A stretch of DNA of 64,000 nucleotides. It comes from an uncultured bacterium (lineage in GTDB: Bacteria; Fidelibacterota; Marinisomatia; Marinisomatales; UBA1611). The stretch is from the NCBI GenBank assembly GCA_943788175.1, contig CALSPG010000005.1, forward strand, positions 416,001 through 480,000, read 5' to 3'. Made by a program: the position numbers and the translations under genes. Position 1 is the stretch's first letter; the number at the start of each line of letters is the position of its first letter. Below are positions 19,060-29,004 of this stretch, piece after piece. The notes beneath the pieces are model-generated. The model did not search any database and was not told the origin of the DNA. It saw only the letters and a list, made by a program, of their open reading frames with translations.

Positions 19060-21356
19060 AATCGAAAAATAAAGAATTCTCTATCAAATTTTGGATTACC
19101 AGGAAGGTAATTGAAAACCCCTTAAAGTCTATTTTATTCCCCCTTGCCTTTACCTCAATTTTTGGATTGGGCATGACATTTATTGTTGTTGATGATGATA
19201 TGCTCGCAATGCTTCCAAATAATATGAGCTCAAAGCTTTCCTGGGATGCGGTGCAGGATGAATTTGGAAGCACAGAATCTATTTTTATCGCATTTGGTTA
19301 TAAAGATAAAACGATCTTTAATAAAAGCTCTTTTTCTGATCTTTGGAAATTAACAAATGAATTAGAATCTCGACCTGAGATAAAAAAAATTACAAGCCTT
19401 TCAAATTTGCCAAAAATTGAAAATGTTGATGGTTTTTTAGAGGTCCACTCATTGCAACCAAGCGAAGAACTAGACGACATTCAAATAAATGGAATAAAAA
19501 AATATGTATATAATAATCAGTCTATTAGAGCGAGGTCAATAAGCAAAGATGGCAATTATTTCAATATAATGGTACAGCCAAATGACAGTATTGCTCATAA
19601 TGTTGTTAGAGATATAGTCGTGGAGATAGGCGATAGCTTATTATCTAAAAATTATGAAATACATTATGGTGGGACTGCATACATTACTGGGTCTGTCCCT
19701 GGTATGATAAAAAATGATATATCAAAACTACTTGGGGTTGGTCTTGTTTTGATGAGTCTGATTTTATTGGTTAACATTCGGGATTTATTTGCGGTAGGGA
19801 TGATATTCTCTGTCATTATCCAATCTCTAATTGTTATGGCTGGATTGATGGGGTGGGTAGTTTATTTGACAGGATCAGAAAATTTTTATTTCACCATTAT
19901 AAATTCATCGATGCCAATAATTTTACTTACGATTGCAAATTCTGATGGAGTTCATGTTGTTACAAAATTTTTTAAAGAGATGAGGCATAATGGCAATATA
20001 AAAAAATCAATAGCCAAATCGATAGACACTCTATTCGTGCCGATATTTTTAACTAGTGTTACCACAATTGCTGCGTTTCTTACTCTTTATTTTGCGCCAA
20101 TAAATCAACTAATGGGTTATGGGATATGCCTAAGTGCTGGGATATTATATGCTTTTATTTTAAGTCTTACTTTTTTACCAGCAGCAATGTCGTTAAAGAG
20201 ATGGGATTTAAATTCGAAAGCAATATCGCAAAATGGGTATTTAGAAAATATAATTTCTAAATTTGGCAAATTAGTAATTTCAAAACCAAAATCAATTTTA
20301 GTAGTTGGAATGATAATTATGTTTATTGGAACTGCGGGATTATCATTGCTAAAAGTGGATGTTAATATTGCTAATTTTTTTAAAGAAGATACTGATTTTA
20401 GGAAAAGTATTGATTTTATAGATCAAGAGATGACGGGTACAATGGATGTACGTATTAGAGTAGAAGCGCCTATCAAGGATCCTAATACATTGAATGAAAT
20501 GCAGGACATGCAAACATTATTGAACAGCAACCCAAAGGTAACAACTAGCTATTCCATAGTGGATGTTGTTAAACAAATGCATCGCATACTTATAGATGAT
20601 AATCCTGAATTTGAAATTGTTCCTAAAGATGAAAAAAAAGTAAGCAATCTTTTAATGATGTATTCAATATCCGGAGATCAAGATGACTTAAATACAATAG
20701 TTGATTATAATTATAAAGTGGGTCTAATAACTGCTTTAAGTCGCGTTATGAGTACAGAAGAAATTATTCAGTTCGTAAAAAAAATTGAAGATCAGGTATA
20801 TGACTTTAAGCATATTAGTAATGCGTCAATAACCGGAATGGCTATTGTGATTAGAGATTTAATTTATTTGGTTATTGAATCTTCAGTAATAAGTATTTTT
20901 TCATCAGTTATACTTATTTGTCTAATTACATCAATATTTTTTAAGAACTTTTCATGGGGCTTCCTTTCAATAGTTCCACTTGTCACGGCAGTCTTAATTA
21001 ATTTTGGCTTTATGGGTATTGCAGGTATTCATTTGAGTCATGTAACAGCACTTTTGTCATCAGTTATTATTGGTGTTGGTGTCGATTTTTCTATTCATTA
21101 CATTTACCAATACAGAAGATTAATCAAGGATAAAGTTCGTAATGGGATATCAAATAAAGTTATAAATGAGGTTGGTTATCCAATCGTATTAGATGCAGCA
21201 TCGAATATGTCTTTTGGAGCTTTATTATTTTCTACTTTCATTCCTGTCCAATACGTTGGGGGTTTAATGGTGTTTGCTATGTTTTCTACAGCTTTCGGCA
21301 CATTAACATTGCTTGCAGCTTCAGTTGAATTATTAAAGACTAGTTATTCAAAATGA
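19056..21356 (+). CDS. MMPL/RND-family lipid transporter (copy 2)
   Basis: 766 aa, 12-TM duplicated architecture; GVGVDFSIH; 4-bp overlap with upstream gene. Confidence 0.85.
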   Translation: MKSKNKEFSIKFWITRKVIENPLKSILFPLAFTSIFGLGMTFIVVDDDMLAMLPNNMSSKLSWDAVQDEFGSTESIFIAFGYKDKTIFNKSSFSDLWKLTNELESRPEIKKITSLSNLPKIENVDGFLEVHSLQPSEELDDIQINGIKKYVYNNQSIRARSISKDGNYFNIMVQPNDSIAHNVVRDIVVEIGDSLLSKNYEIHYGGTAYITGSVPGMIKNDISKLLGVGLVLMSLILLVNIRDLFAVGMIFSVIIQSLIVMAGLMGWVVYLTGSENFYFTIINSSMPIILLTIANSDGVHVVTKFFKEMRHNGNIKKSIAKSIDTLFVPIFLTSVTTIAAFLTLYFAPINQLMGYGICLSAGILYAFILSLTFLPAAMSLKRWDLNSKAISQNGYLENIISKFGKLVISKPKSILVVGMIIMFIGTAGLSLLKVDVNIANFFKEDTDFRKSIDFIDQEMTGTMDVRIRVEAPIKDPNTLNEMQDMQTLLNSNPKVTTSYSIVDVVKQMHRILIDDNPEFEIVPKDEKKVSNLLMMYSISGDQDDLNTIVDYNYKVGLITALSRVMSTEEIIQFVKKIEDQVYDFKHISNASITGMAIVIRDLIYLVIESSVISIFSSVILICLITSIFFKNFSWGFLSIVPLVTAVLINFGFMGIAGIHLSHVTALLSSVIIGVGVDFSIHYIYQYRRLIKDKVRNGISNKVINEVGYPIVLDAASNMSFGALLFSTFIPVQYVGGLMVFAMFSTAFGTLTLLAASVELLKTSYSK

Positions 21357-22117
21357 TTAAACTATTTATTATCTGCTCGATTCAATTTTTTCTTTTAATA
21401 AATAATTTATCAGCACAAACTGGTTACGAATTAGCTAAGAAGCTTGATAATAAAGATAAGCCTCAAAATATGACTAGCCGAATTTCGATGACATTGACTA
21501 ATGCTAAAAATAAATCTCGTAAAAATGTAATGATATCAAAAACAGCAAGCCAGAGCCAAAAACAGATGATTTGGGTTTTAGAGCCTAAGTCTGATAGAGG
21601 TATGTCATTTTTGAAAATCGAGCGTGAAGACAGGAAGACTGAAATGCGTATATGGTTGCCTGCCTTTAACAAAATTCGAAGAATTAATGCAAACAGAAGA
21701 AGTAATTCTTTTATGGGTTCAGATCTTAGTTATGAAGATATGATGAGTCGGTCACTTGATGATAATACATATTTAAGACTTGAAGATGATCAGATTGGGG
21801 GAGAAGAATGTTATGTTTTGGAAGTTATACCAAAAAAAAGCATTAATACATCGTACTCAAAACATATAACATGGGTTTCAAAAGAAAACTTTCAAATTGT
21901 ACAGGAAGCTTCCTATGATAAAAAAAGTAAGCTAAAAAAAATTAAAAACTTCCATTATGTCTTTGTAAATAATTATGAGATAATATCAAAAATTCATGTT
22001 AAAGACTTGCAGAAAAAGCACAAAACTGATATTTATTTTGACCAGGTTAAAGTAGATGCAAAAATGGATGAAAAAATATTTCAAGAAAAAAGTTTAAAAC
22101 GGTTACCGCTTCATTAA
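21353..22117 (+). CDS. LolA-like outer-membrane lipoprotein-sorting protein (copy 2)
   Basis: Signal peptide; EP..DRG..FL, IWLPA..KIRRI, FMGSDLSYED. Confidence 0.85.
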   Translation: MIKLFIICSIQFFLLINNLSAQTGYELAKKLDNKDKPQNMTSRISMTLTNAKNKSRKNVMISKTASQSQKQMIWVLEPKSDRGMSFLKIEREDRKTEMRIWLPAFNKIRRINANRRSNSFMGSDLSYEDMMSRSLDDNTYLRLEDDQIGGEECYVLEVIPKKSINTSYSKHITWVSKENFQIVQEASYDKKSKLKKIKNFHYVFVNNYEIISKIHVKDLQKKHKTDIYFDQVKVDAKMDEKIFQEKSLKRLPLH

Positions 22118-22123
22118 ATAATA

Positions 22124-23389
22124 TCAATAAAAAACAGGCCCTTTTTCATTTTTAATTTTTTTGATCCATTCCGGTATATTTTTTTTATCTGCTTTCATTC
22201 TTTCTGTTGATGAAGAAAAACCAATCATATCCCATATCTCAAATGGACCAAAGCGCCATCCAAAACCCCACTTCATAGCATTATCTATATCCTTATAAGA
22301 ATCTGATATTTCATATACTCGATTTGCACAATAAAGAAGCATTTCAGATAGAATCTCCCAGAAAAATTTTCCATATTTTGAGTTCAGGTTTATTAAGGTA
22401 TTTATTTGTAGAGAAACATTGCTTCCTTGAACAATCTCCTCTTTCAATCCTAAATCTACTTTTTTCATGGTTCTGTACTTTTTATTATTGAGATCAAAAA
22501 CTAGAATATTCCCATTAGTATCTTTTTTATAAAAACCGCCTTTTGCTTTTTGACCAAGGTTTCCATTAGCAATGAGAATTTCCATAACTTCGGGTATTTT
22601 AAACATTTCTATAGATTCATCATGAGTAGACTTTTTATAAGTGGTCATTGCTACACTTTTTAAGACATCGAGGCCAATTATATCTGCTGTCCTAAATGTT
22701 GCGCTTTTAGGTCTTCCGCAAATAGATCCTGTTAGTGCATCGACTATTTCGATATCAATTTCCATTTTTAAGGCAATATTTATTGTAGACATTAGACCAA
22801 AAATGCCAACGCGATTTCCAATGAAATTTGGGCAATCTTTTGCGGGAACAATTCCTTTATCTAATATATTTTTTCCAAAATTGGATATTGTATTATAGGT
22901 TTCTAAGGAAGTCTCTTCACCCCTAATTAATTCCAATAAATGCATGTACCTAGGGGGGTTAAAAAAATGAGAGACCATAAATTTATTTTTTAGTTCTGGA
23001 GAAAACGTTTGTGAAAGTTCTTTAAGAGTTATTCCTGACGTATTTGTTGTTAAAATAGCAGATTTTTTGAGAAGAGGTAATATCGTATCATAGACTTTAA
23101 GTTTTATATCAAGGTTCTCAGCAACGGCTTCTAATACCCAGTCTACTTGCGTAATTTTTTCAAGATCTGATTTATAACTACAAGGAACTATTAAATTAAT
23201 CTTTTCAGGACTTTCTAATGGAGCAGGTTTTAAAGTTTTTAAACGGTCCTTACCATTTGTTGCTAATTTATTAGAAATATCAAATAAATATGTTTTTATC
23301 CCTTTATTAGCAAAAACAGCGGCTAGTTGTGCCCCCATTATTCCAGCACCTAAGACAGCAATACTTTTAAATGGATTATTTGGAGGCAA
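22124..23389 (-). CDS. 3-hydroxyacyl-CoA dehydrogenase (FadN-type N-terminal part, no hydratase domain)
   Basis: GAGIMG Rossmann motif; EAV.E, TNTSG, HFFNPPRYM, KD.PNFIGNR, DNAMKWGFGW..GPFE. Confidence 0.88.
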   Translation of the reverse strand: MPPNNPFKSIAVLGAGIMGAQLAAVFANKGIKTYLFDISNKLATNGKDRLKTLKPAPLESPEKINLIVPCSYKSDLEKITQVDWVLEAVAENLDIKLKVYDTILPLLKKSAILTTNTSGITLKELSQTFSPELKNKFMVSHFFNPPRYMHLLELIRGEETSLETYNTISNFGKNILDKGIVPAKDCPNFIGNRVGIFGLMSTINIALKMEIDIEIVDALTGSICGRPKSATFRTADIIGLDVLKSVAMTTYKKSTHDESIEMFKIPEVMEILIANGNLGQKAKGGFYKKDTNGNILVFDLNNKKYRTMKKVDLGLKEEIVQGSNVSLQINTLINLNSKYGKFFWEILSEMLLYCANRVYEISDSYKDIDNAMKWGFGWRFGPFEIWDMIGFSSSTERMKADKKNIPEWIKKIKNEKGPVFY

Positions 23390-23412
23390 GTGGATTTAGG
23401 TCGTTATTTTGA

Positions 23413-24744
23413 TTACTGATTAATTTGGCCAAGTCTTCGGTATTTTTCTTGATATTTTTTATATAACATTTTTTGATGATTATTCAGGTCGACTTCTCTA
23501 CCTTGAATGAAGGCCATTAAAATTTTGGGATTCATTTCCATGGGTGGTATATCAGAGATAAAGAAAGTAGCATCTTTGCCAATATCAAGGGAACCAACCA
23601 TATCATCAATATCAAGAATTTCTGCGGCACTTAACGTTATGGATCTAAGGGCTTCGCTTTTTTCTAAGCCATATGCAGCAGCTCGCATAGCTTCGTTTGG
23701 AAGGTTTCGGATATTTCCATCATGGGGGTATCCTATTCTAGTACTCAAACAAAATTGCACACCGCCTTTCTGAAGTAGATAGGGTATTTTGTATGGCAAG
23801 TGTATAGGCTCAAATCTCCTTGCTGGAATTTTTTCAACTTTATCTAAAATAACAGGAATATTATTTTTTACAAGAAAGTCGGTTAGTCGCCAGCTGTCTG
23901 CGCCACCAACAATGATAATTTTCAAGTCGTTTTCTTTTGCCCAATCTACGGCAGATATAATTTGTCTAGCTTCAGCAGCATGTATGTAAATCCCCTTCTT
24001 TTCAACAATGAAAGGAATCATTGATTCAAGTCTTAGATCAACTTTCTGCCTATCTTTGGATAATCGATCTCTTTGTTTTATTATTTGGAAGTATGCTCTT
24101 ACATCTCGAACCATATCATCAAGTTCTCTGATTGATTTTTGTATCTCTTCACGCTGTTTTTTTTCAGATTTTTTTATATTCTTACCATACTTGATGCTCA
24201 TAGCTGGCCAATTTATGTGTAGGCCTGATGGATGCTTTAAAGTTGCATGCTCCCAAGTCCAACCATCAAGCATCATGACTGAAGATTGACCTGAAACTCG
24301 CCCACCAGCTGGAACGGAATTGGCAATAAGGACGCCATTTGACCTAGTGATAGGTATAAGTTCAGAATCTGGATTATAACTAACATTTGCTTTCACATTT
24401 GGGTTGATTGAGCCACTTTCAGCAAAATCATGTGTTTGACGAACTAAACCAATCTCCACTAATCCAATTCTAGTTAAAGGCGCGATGTAACTAGGAACTA
24501 TGTGTTTACCAAAAACATCGTAAACATCTGTTTCTGGCGATGCCATAATATTTTTTTCAATTCTAACTATTTTACCTTTTGAAAATAATATGTCATAGCC
24601 TTCGAGAACTTCAGTAGAAACAGTATGGAGGATACCACCTTTTAAGAGTATAGGTCTTTTTTGCTCTTTTCCAGGAATCTGATCATTCGATAACAAAATA
24701 GAAAAAGTAAAAATTAATAGTATGCTTTTATTCATTGTAGACAC
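23413..24744 (-). CDS. amidohydrolase-family protein (secreted; degenerate metal motif)
   Basis: HutI-like beta-sandwich ends, GSL..GKDA; IAPLTRIG replaces the usual D.H.H. Confidence 0.8.
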   Translation of the reverse strand: MSTMNKSILLIFTFSILLSNDQIPGKEQKRPILLKGGILHTVSTEVLEGYDILFSKGKIVRIEKNIMASPETDVYDVFGKHIVPSYIAPLTRIGLVEIGLVRQTHDFAESGSINPNVKANVSYNPDSELIPITRSNGVLIANSVPAGGRVSGQSSVMMLDGWTWEHATLKHPSGLHINWPAMSIKYGKNIKKSEKKQREEIQKSIRELDDMVRDVRAYFQIIKQRDRLSKDRQKVDLRLESMIPFIVEKKGIYIHAAEARQIISAVDWAKENDLKIIIVGGADSWRLTDFLVKNNIPVILDKVEKIPARRFEPIHLPYKIPYLLQKGGVQFCLSTRIGYPHDGNIRNLPNEAMRAAAYGLEKSEALRSITLSAAEILDIDDMVGSLDIGKDATFFISDIPPMEMNPKILMAFIQGREVDLNNHQKMLYKKYQEKYRRLGQINQ

Positions 24745-27700
24745 CTGTATTGTCTAAAATATCACAATTGTGACCCTGGTGATACATTTTTGAATTTATA
24801 CTTTTACTGGTATTGGTACCAGTACCGCCTTTAATCGATAATACTTTTTGGATGATATCTTTTCTTAATTGTTCGTCTCTATCTTCAAGTATTTTATTTT
24901 CAGTTTTAGAATAGTACCTAATTCCATCAATCCAAGTTTCTTCAACTTTACTATAAACTGATAAAGGTTCACCATCCCATATTACAAAATCAGCATCTTT
25001 TTTTGGCTCTAAAGACCCAACAAATTTATCTATTTTTAATTGTTTTGCAGGATTAATAGTTACCAGTTTTAGCGCCTCATTTGGATCAAGATTCCCATAT
25101 TGAATCGCTTTTGCTGCTTCGGTATTTAATCGCCTTGCAAGCTCACTATCATCTGAATTAAAAGATACTATAACATTGCTTTTTGCCATCATACTTCCAT
25201 TGTAAGGAATTGCGTCAATAACTTCATATTTATATTGCCACCAATCTGAAAAAGTAGATGCTCCTGCTCCATGCTCTGCAATTCTATCTGCAACTTTATA
25301 GCCTTCAAGAACATGTTGAAACGTCGCAATTTTAAATCCAAAATCTTCTGCAACTCTAGTTAGCATTAATATCTCATCTTGCCTGTATGAGTGACAATGG
25401 ACCAATCTTTTTCCTTCAAGGATTTCTAAGAGCGCATCAAGTTCAAGGTCTTTTCTAGGCGGAACTTTTGTCCGTTGATATTTTGAATTTCGATAATAGT
25501 TGTCGTTCTCGTGCTTGTAATCAAGAGCGGCTCTAAAAGCATCTCGAATAACTTGCTCAACGCCCATTCTAGTTTGTGGATATCTATTTGTGCCACTCCA
25601 ATTAGATTGTTTTACGTTTTCACCTAACGCAAACTTTATTCCCTCTGGTGCACCTTTGAATAATAAACTGTTAGCATCAGCTCCCCACCGCAGTTTAATT
25701 ACAGCATTTTGCCCACCAATAGGGTTTGCCGATCCATGCAATACATTAGCTGTGGTTAGTCCACCACCAAGTTGTCTATAAATATTTATGTCTGTTGGGT
25801 CTAGCACATCTTTCATTCTAACCTCAGAGGTTATATACTGAGTACCTTCATTAATACTACTAGCTGCCGAATGACTATGACAATCAATAAGTCCTGGGGT
25901 TACATGTTTACCTGCTCCTTCGATAACAATGGCACTACCCTGGGGGACTGTAATATCTGGTGCAACTTGCTCTATTTTTCCGCCAACAAACAATATATCC
26001 CATTCAGCTAGAGTCCCTTTTGGTCCACATGTCCATAATGTTGCATCATTAATTAATATGGCATTCGGTTGAGGATAATCCTTAAATAGACCATATGCCC
26101 CATCAGGCGAGAAGACGGATAATGAACTAGGCGACTCGGGCTCAAGCTCTTTACCAACAGTACTAATTTTAATATCTGCCTGGAAAGGTAGAGACTCATT
26201 ACCCAGGTTTTTTGTTGTTCCAATTATTTGAGATTTTGTTAATTCGCCGTTGAATGTTATTGAACCCTTTTGTCCGATATTTTGGCCATCGATTGTAAAT
26301 GAAATAGATGATTCGAAAATATCGATATTGTATAATTCAACTGTTTTTCCTTGAAATAATATTGATCCTTTATAAACGATATTTCGAGGGTCATTTGTTC
26401 TGTTTTTTAGAATGTCTTCAATTTTTAATTCATAGGCGGAACCATTATACTTTAAAGACCAATTACCTAAAAACGAAGGTGTTTTTTTTGAGGCGATATA
26501 TATTTCTTCTCCTTCAATCCACAGGCTGACAACTTTTGAAGTTGGCTTAAAGTAGTCACCGTCAACAATCACAAGATTTGCATCATATCCTTTGGCAACT
26601 CTACCCATAGATTTTTCCAATCCTAAGGCTTCAGCTGGTTGCGTTGTTAGTGCTGCAAGTACAATATCTTTGCTAAGGCCTCGAGCAATAATTTTTTCGA
26701 GGTTTTTACGGAATTCAGATTTTTTTGATAAACGATGACTTGTAATGGAAAAATCATGGCCAGCCCTATTAAGATAAGATAGATTGTCCGGAGCCACATC
26801 CCAATGTTTGAGTTCTGCAGTTGAATATTGAAGGTCGCTCATATATTTGGTTACACTGGGCTTTGAAGGGAAATCAATAGGCATAATGAAAAAAGGTTTA
26901 AGTTGATTAAACTGGTTCAGTTCTCTATACTCATAACCACTACCAAGAATCCAAGGATTAAGTTTAAACTCTTTTGATATGTTCATTAATCTTGAAGCGG
27001 AATTATCATCTGACGATATAAATGCAAATGGTTTTTCAAGAGCTCTAGTAAGGCCTAAACTTTCTAGAGAAAAATTTGAAGCTAAGGGTCTATTTTCTGC
27101 GGGGTATGACTGAACAATTTCTTGCGATTTTAAATACCACTCTGAATCATAAAAAGTCTGTCTTATGTGAGCAATCACCCCGAGAAGAGACCTGGGGTAA
27201 GTTCTTTTGCCCTTAGGCTGATACTTAAAATCAATAACTTGAGCAACTGAAGAGTTTATCGTTTTAGGGCTTTTAGATAAGTTCACAATACCTGTTTGCC
27301 CTCTAAATATTCCTTGTTTTGGTGCTAAGTGAGCTGTCGTAAAGCCCAAGGATCTTAATTCTTTAATATGTTTCTCTTTAATATCAAAATTATCAACAGA
27401 TCTGTATTCAGGCCTAACTTTAGAATCCCAATGCCTTCTTTCATTTTTTGATTTTGAATTGTAGGATTCAGTTTCGAGCCATGTTTCAATAAAACCAGCA
27501 TAAACATGCGCGCCTTGGAGATTGATTTCATAAGCATCTTTAGGCGATTTAATGTATCTACCAACAGCTTCAATCTTGCCATTTCGTATTACAATAGAGC
27601 CATCTTTAATGAAATCACCAGGCGACGTATGAATCATTGCATTTGTTAGTGTCCATACCTTAGGCCTGTTTTTATGTAAATCTTTGGTTGGCTCTGTTTG

Positions 27701-27748
27701 CGCAAAGAGGAATAGCGGTAAAAGTATTATGACTGTATTTCTCAACAT
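24728..27748 (-). CDS. two-domain amidohydrolase-family protein (secreted)
   Basis: Two amidohydrolase units; C-terminal unit has PGLIDCHSH, LHGSANPIGG, KFALGEN, HCHSY, QHVLE, NSDD. Confidence 0.85.
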   Translation of the reverse strand: MLRNTVIILLPLFLFAQTEPTKDLHKNRPKVWTLTNAMIHTSPGDFIKDGSIVIRNGKIEAVGRYIKSPKDAYEINLQGAHVYAGFIETWLETESYNSKSKNERRHWDSKVRPEYRSVDNFDIKEKHIKELRSLGFTTAHLAPKQGIFRGQTGIVNLSKSPKTINSSVAQVIDFKYQPKGKRTYPRSLLGVIAHIRQTFYDSEWYLKSQEIVQSYPAENRPLASNFSLESLGLTRALEKPFAFISSDDNSASRLMNISKEFKLNPWILGSGYEYRELNQFNQLKPFFIMPIDFPSKPSVTKYMSDLQYSTAELKHWDVAPDNLSYLNRAGHDFSITSHRLSKKSEFRKNLEKIIARGLSKDIVLAALTTQPAEALGLEKSMGRVAKGYDANLVIVDGDYFKPTSKVVSLWIEGEEIYIASKKTPSFLGNWSLKYNGSAYELKIEDILKNRTNDPRNIVYKGSILFQGKTVELYNIDIFESSISFTIDGQNIGQKGSITFNGELTKSQIIGTTKNLGNESLPFQADIKISTVGKELEPESPSSLSVFSPDGAYGLFKDYPQPNAILINDATLWTCGPKGTLAEWDILFVGGKIEQVAPDITVPQGSAIVIEGAGKHVTPGLIDCHSHSAASSINEGTQYITSEVRMKDVLDPTDINIYRQLGGGLTTANVLHGSANPIGGQNAVIKLRWGADANSLLFKGAPEGIKFALGENVKQSNWSGTNRYPQTRMGVEQVIRDAFRAALDYKHENDNYYRNSKYQRTKVPPRKDLELDALLEILEGKRLVHCHSYRQDEILMLTRVAEDFGFKIATFQHVLEGYKVADRIAEHGAGASTFSDWWQYKYEVIDAIPYNGSMMAKSNVIVSFNSDDSELARRLNTEAAKAIQYGNLDPNEALKLVTINPAKQLKIDKFVGSLEPKKDADFVIWDGEPLSVYSKVEETWIDGIRYYSKTENKILEDRDEQLRKDIIQKVLSIKGGTGTNTSKSINSKMYHQGHNCDILDNTGVYNE

Positions 27749-27749
27749 A

Positions 27750-28562
27750 TTAAAAGTTTGGTCCTGTTAATTTATAGGCTTCAATATATTTGGTGATGTA
27801 ATCGTATGAATCATCAATATCATCTGATATGTGAAACAAATCTAAATCAGATTCTGAAATAGTTCCGCAATCAACAAGATAATCCCAGTTTACTACATTA
27901 TTCCAAAAATCTGAGCCGTAAAGGACTATTGGTAGCTTCTTTTTGATCTTTTCTGTTTGAATTAATGTTAGGAGCTCCATCACTTCATCCAAAGTCCCAA
28001 ACCCGCCTGGCCAGACAACAAGTGCCTTTGCTAAATAAATAAACCAAAACTTTCTCATAAAAAAGTAATGAAATTTTAAATCTAGACCATTTGAAATATA
28101 TTGGTTACTTGTAGCTTCAAAAGGTAGTGAAATTGTCAAACCTACAGAAATACCGTTTGCTTCTTTAGCGCCTTTATTGGCTGCTTCCATAATCCCACCT
28201 CCACCACCAGAGGTGATAATATATCTAGATTTTTTGTTATCAAGGTTTTTGCTCCAAAGAGTGAGTTTTTTTGACAACTGTCGAGCTTCTTCATAAAACC
28301 TGCTCATTTCAACATCTTTTTGTGCTCTTTTCTTTTCTTGATCAGATGCAGAACCACTTAATTTTGACAAAATTTTGGTTGATTCAGACTCTGATTTAAT
28401 TCTTGCTGACCCAAAAAATACGATAGTATCGTGAATTTTATTTTCGGTGATTTTCTTTAATGGCCCATAATATTCTGAAAGTATCCTCATTGAACGTCCT
28501 TGTGGGCTTCCAAGGAAATCGTCATTATAATAAAATCTGTTTTTTCTTTTGTCTTTTGACAT
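27750..28562 (-). CDS. LOG family (TIGR00730-like) nucleotide monophosphate phosphoribohydrolase
   Basis: FFGSAR, GGG.GIMEAAN.GA, HYFFMRK, PGGFGTLDE. Confidence 0.9.
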   Translation of the reverse strand: MSKDKRKNRFYYNDDFLGSPQGRSMRILSEYYGPLKKITENKIHDTIVFFGSARIKSESESTKILSKLSGSASDQEKKRAQKDVEMSRFYEEARQLSKKLTLWSKNLDNKKSRYIITSGGGGGIMEAANKGAKEANGISVGLTISLPFEATSNQYISNGLDLKFHYFFMRKFWFIYLAKALVVWPGGFGTLDEVMELLTLIQTEKIKKKLPIVLYGSDFWNNVVNWDYLVDCGTISESDLDLFHISDDIDDSYDYITKYIEAYKLTGPNF

Positions 28563-28650
28563 TCTTATAACCTTTTATGAAATTGACTTGAATTTAAAAC
28601 AAAATTTTAAAATTAGTTCACTTGTATGATGGAATTCAGGCATCTTATTT

Positions 28651-29004
28651 TTGGAGGTGTTATATAAACTCTTAGCTATCATATTTATTTTTCTTTCGTG
28701 TGCTTCAGAAATTGTGGTCCCCAAAATATTATCCCTTCCTCCTACCAAAAAAAGCAGTCCTGATTTAGTAGAAAAAACAATATTTAGCATGGGTTTGATG
28801 ACAGAATATGAAATTTGGGAGTTTTTAAGAGGGAGCCCAAATGAGACATTAGTTTTGGATAATATTGGGTTGCCAGACTCTGTTTGGCGCAGTGAGAATG
28901 ATTCTACCAAATTCTTATATTATTTTGTTGATAAAATTCAAGATTATAACATTATTGAAATTAATTCTTTTAGTAATAAAGTTACCGGCTTTGAATGGGA
29001 TTAA
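28651..29004 (+). CDS. hypothetical lipoprotein (SmpA/OmlA-like fold possible)
   Basis: Lipobox FLSC; GL.T..E, ...IG.PD motif. Confidence 0.6.
   Translation: MEVLYKLLAIIFIFLSCASEIVVPKILSLPPTKKSSPDLVEKTIFSMGLMTEYEIWEFLRGSPNETLVLDNIGLPDSVWRSENDSTKFLYYFVDKIQDYNIIEINSFSNKVTGFEWD

Noticed and set aside
28575-28910. Minus-strand 111-aa ORF
   Set aside because: Antisense to the lipoprotein ORF 28651-29004, which has a clear lipobox; no motifs
28865-28990. N-terminal extension of the M19 dipeptidase in the ORF track
   Set aside because: Overlaps the upstream gene by 140 bp; TTG at 28991 gives a proper lipoprotein signal
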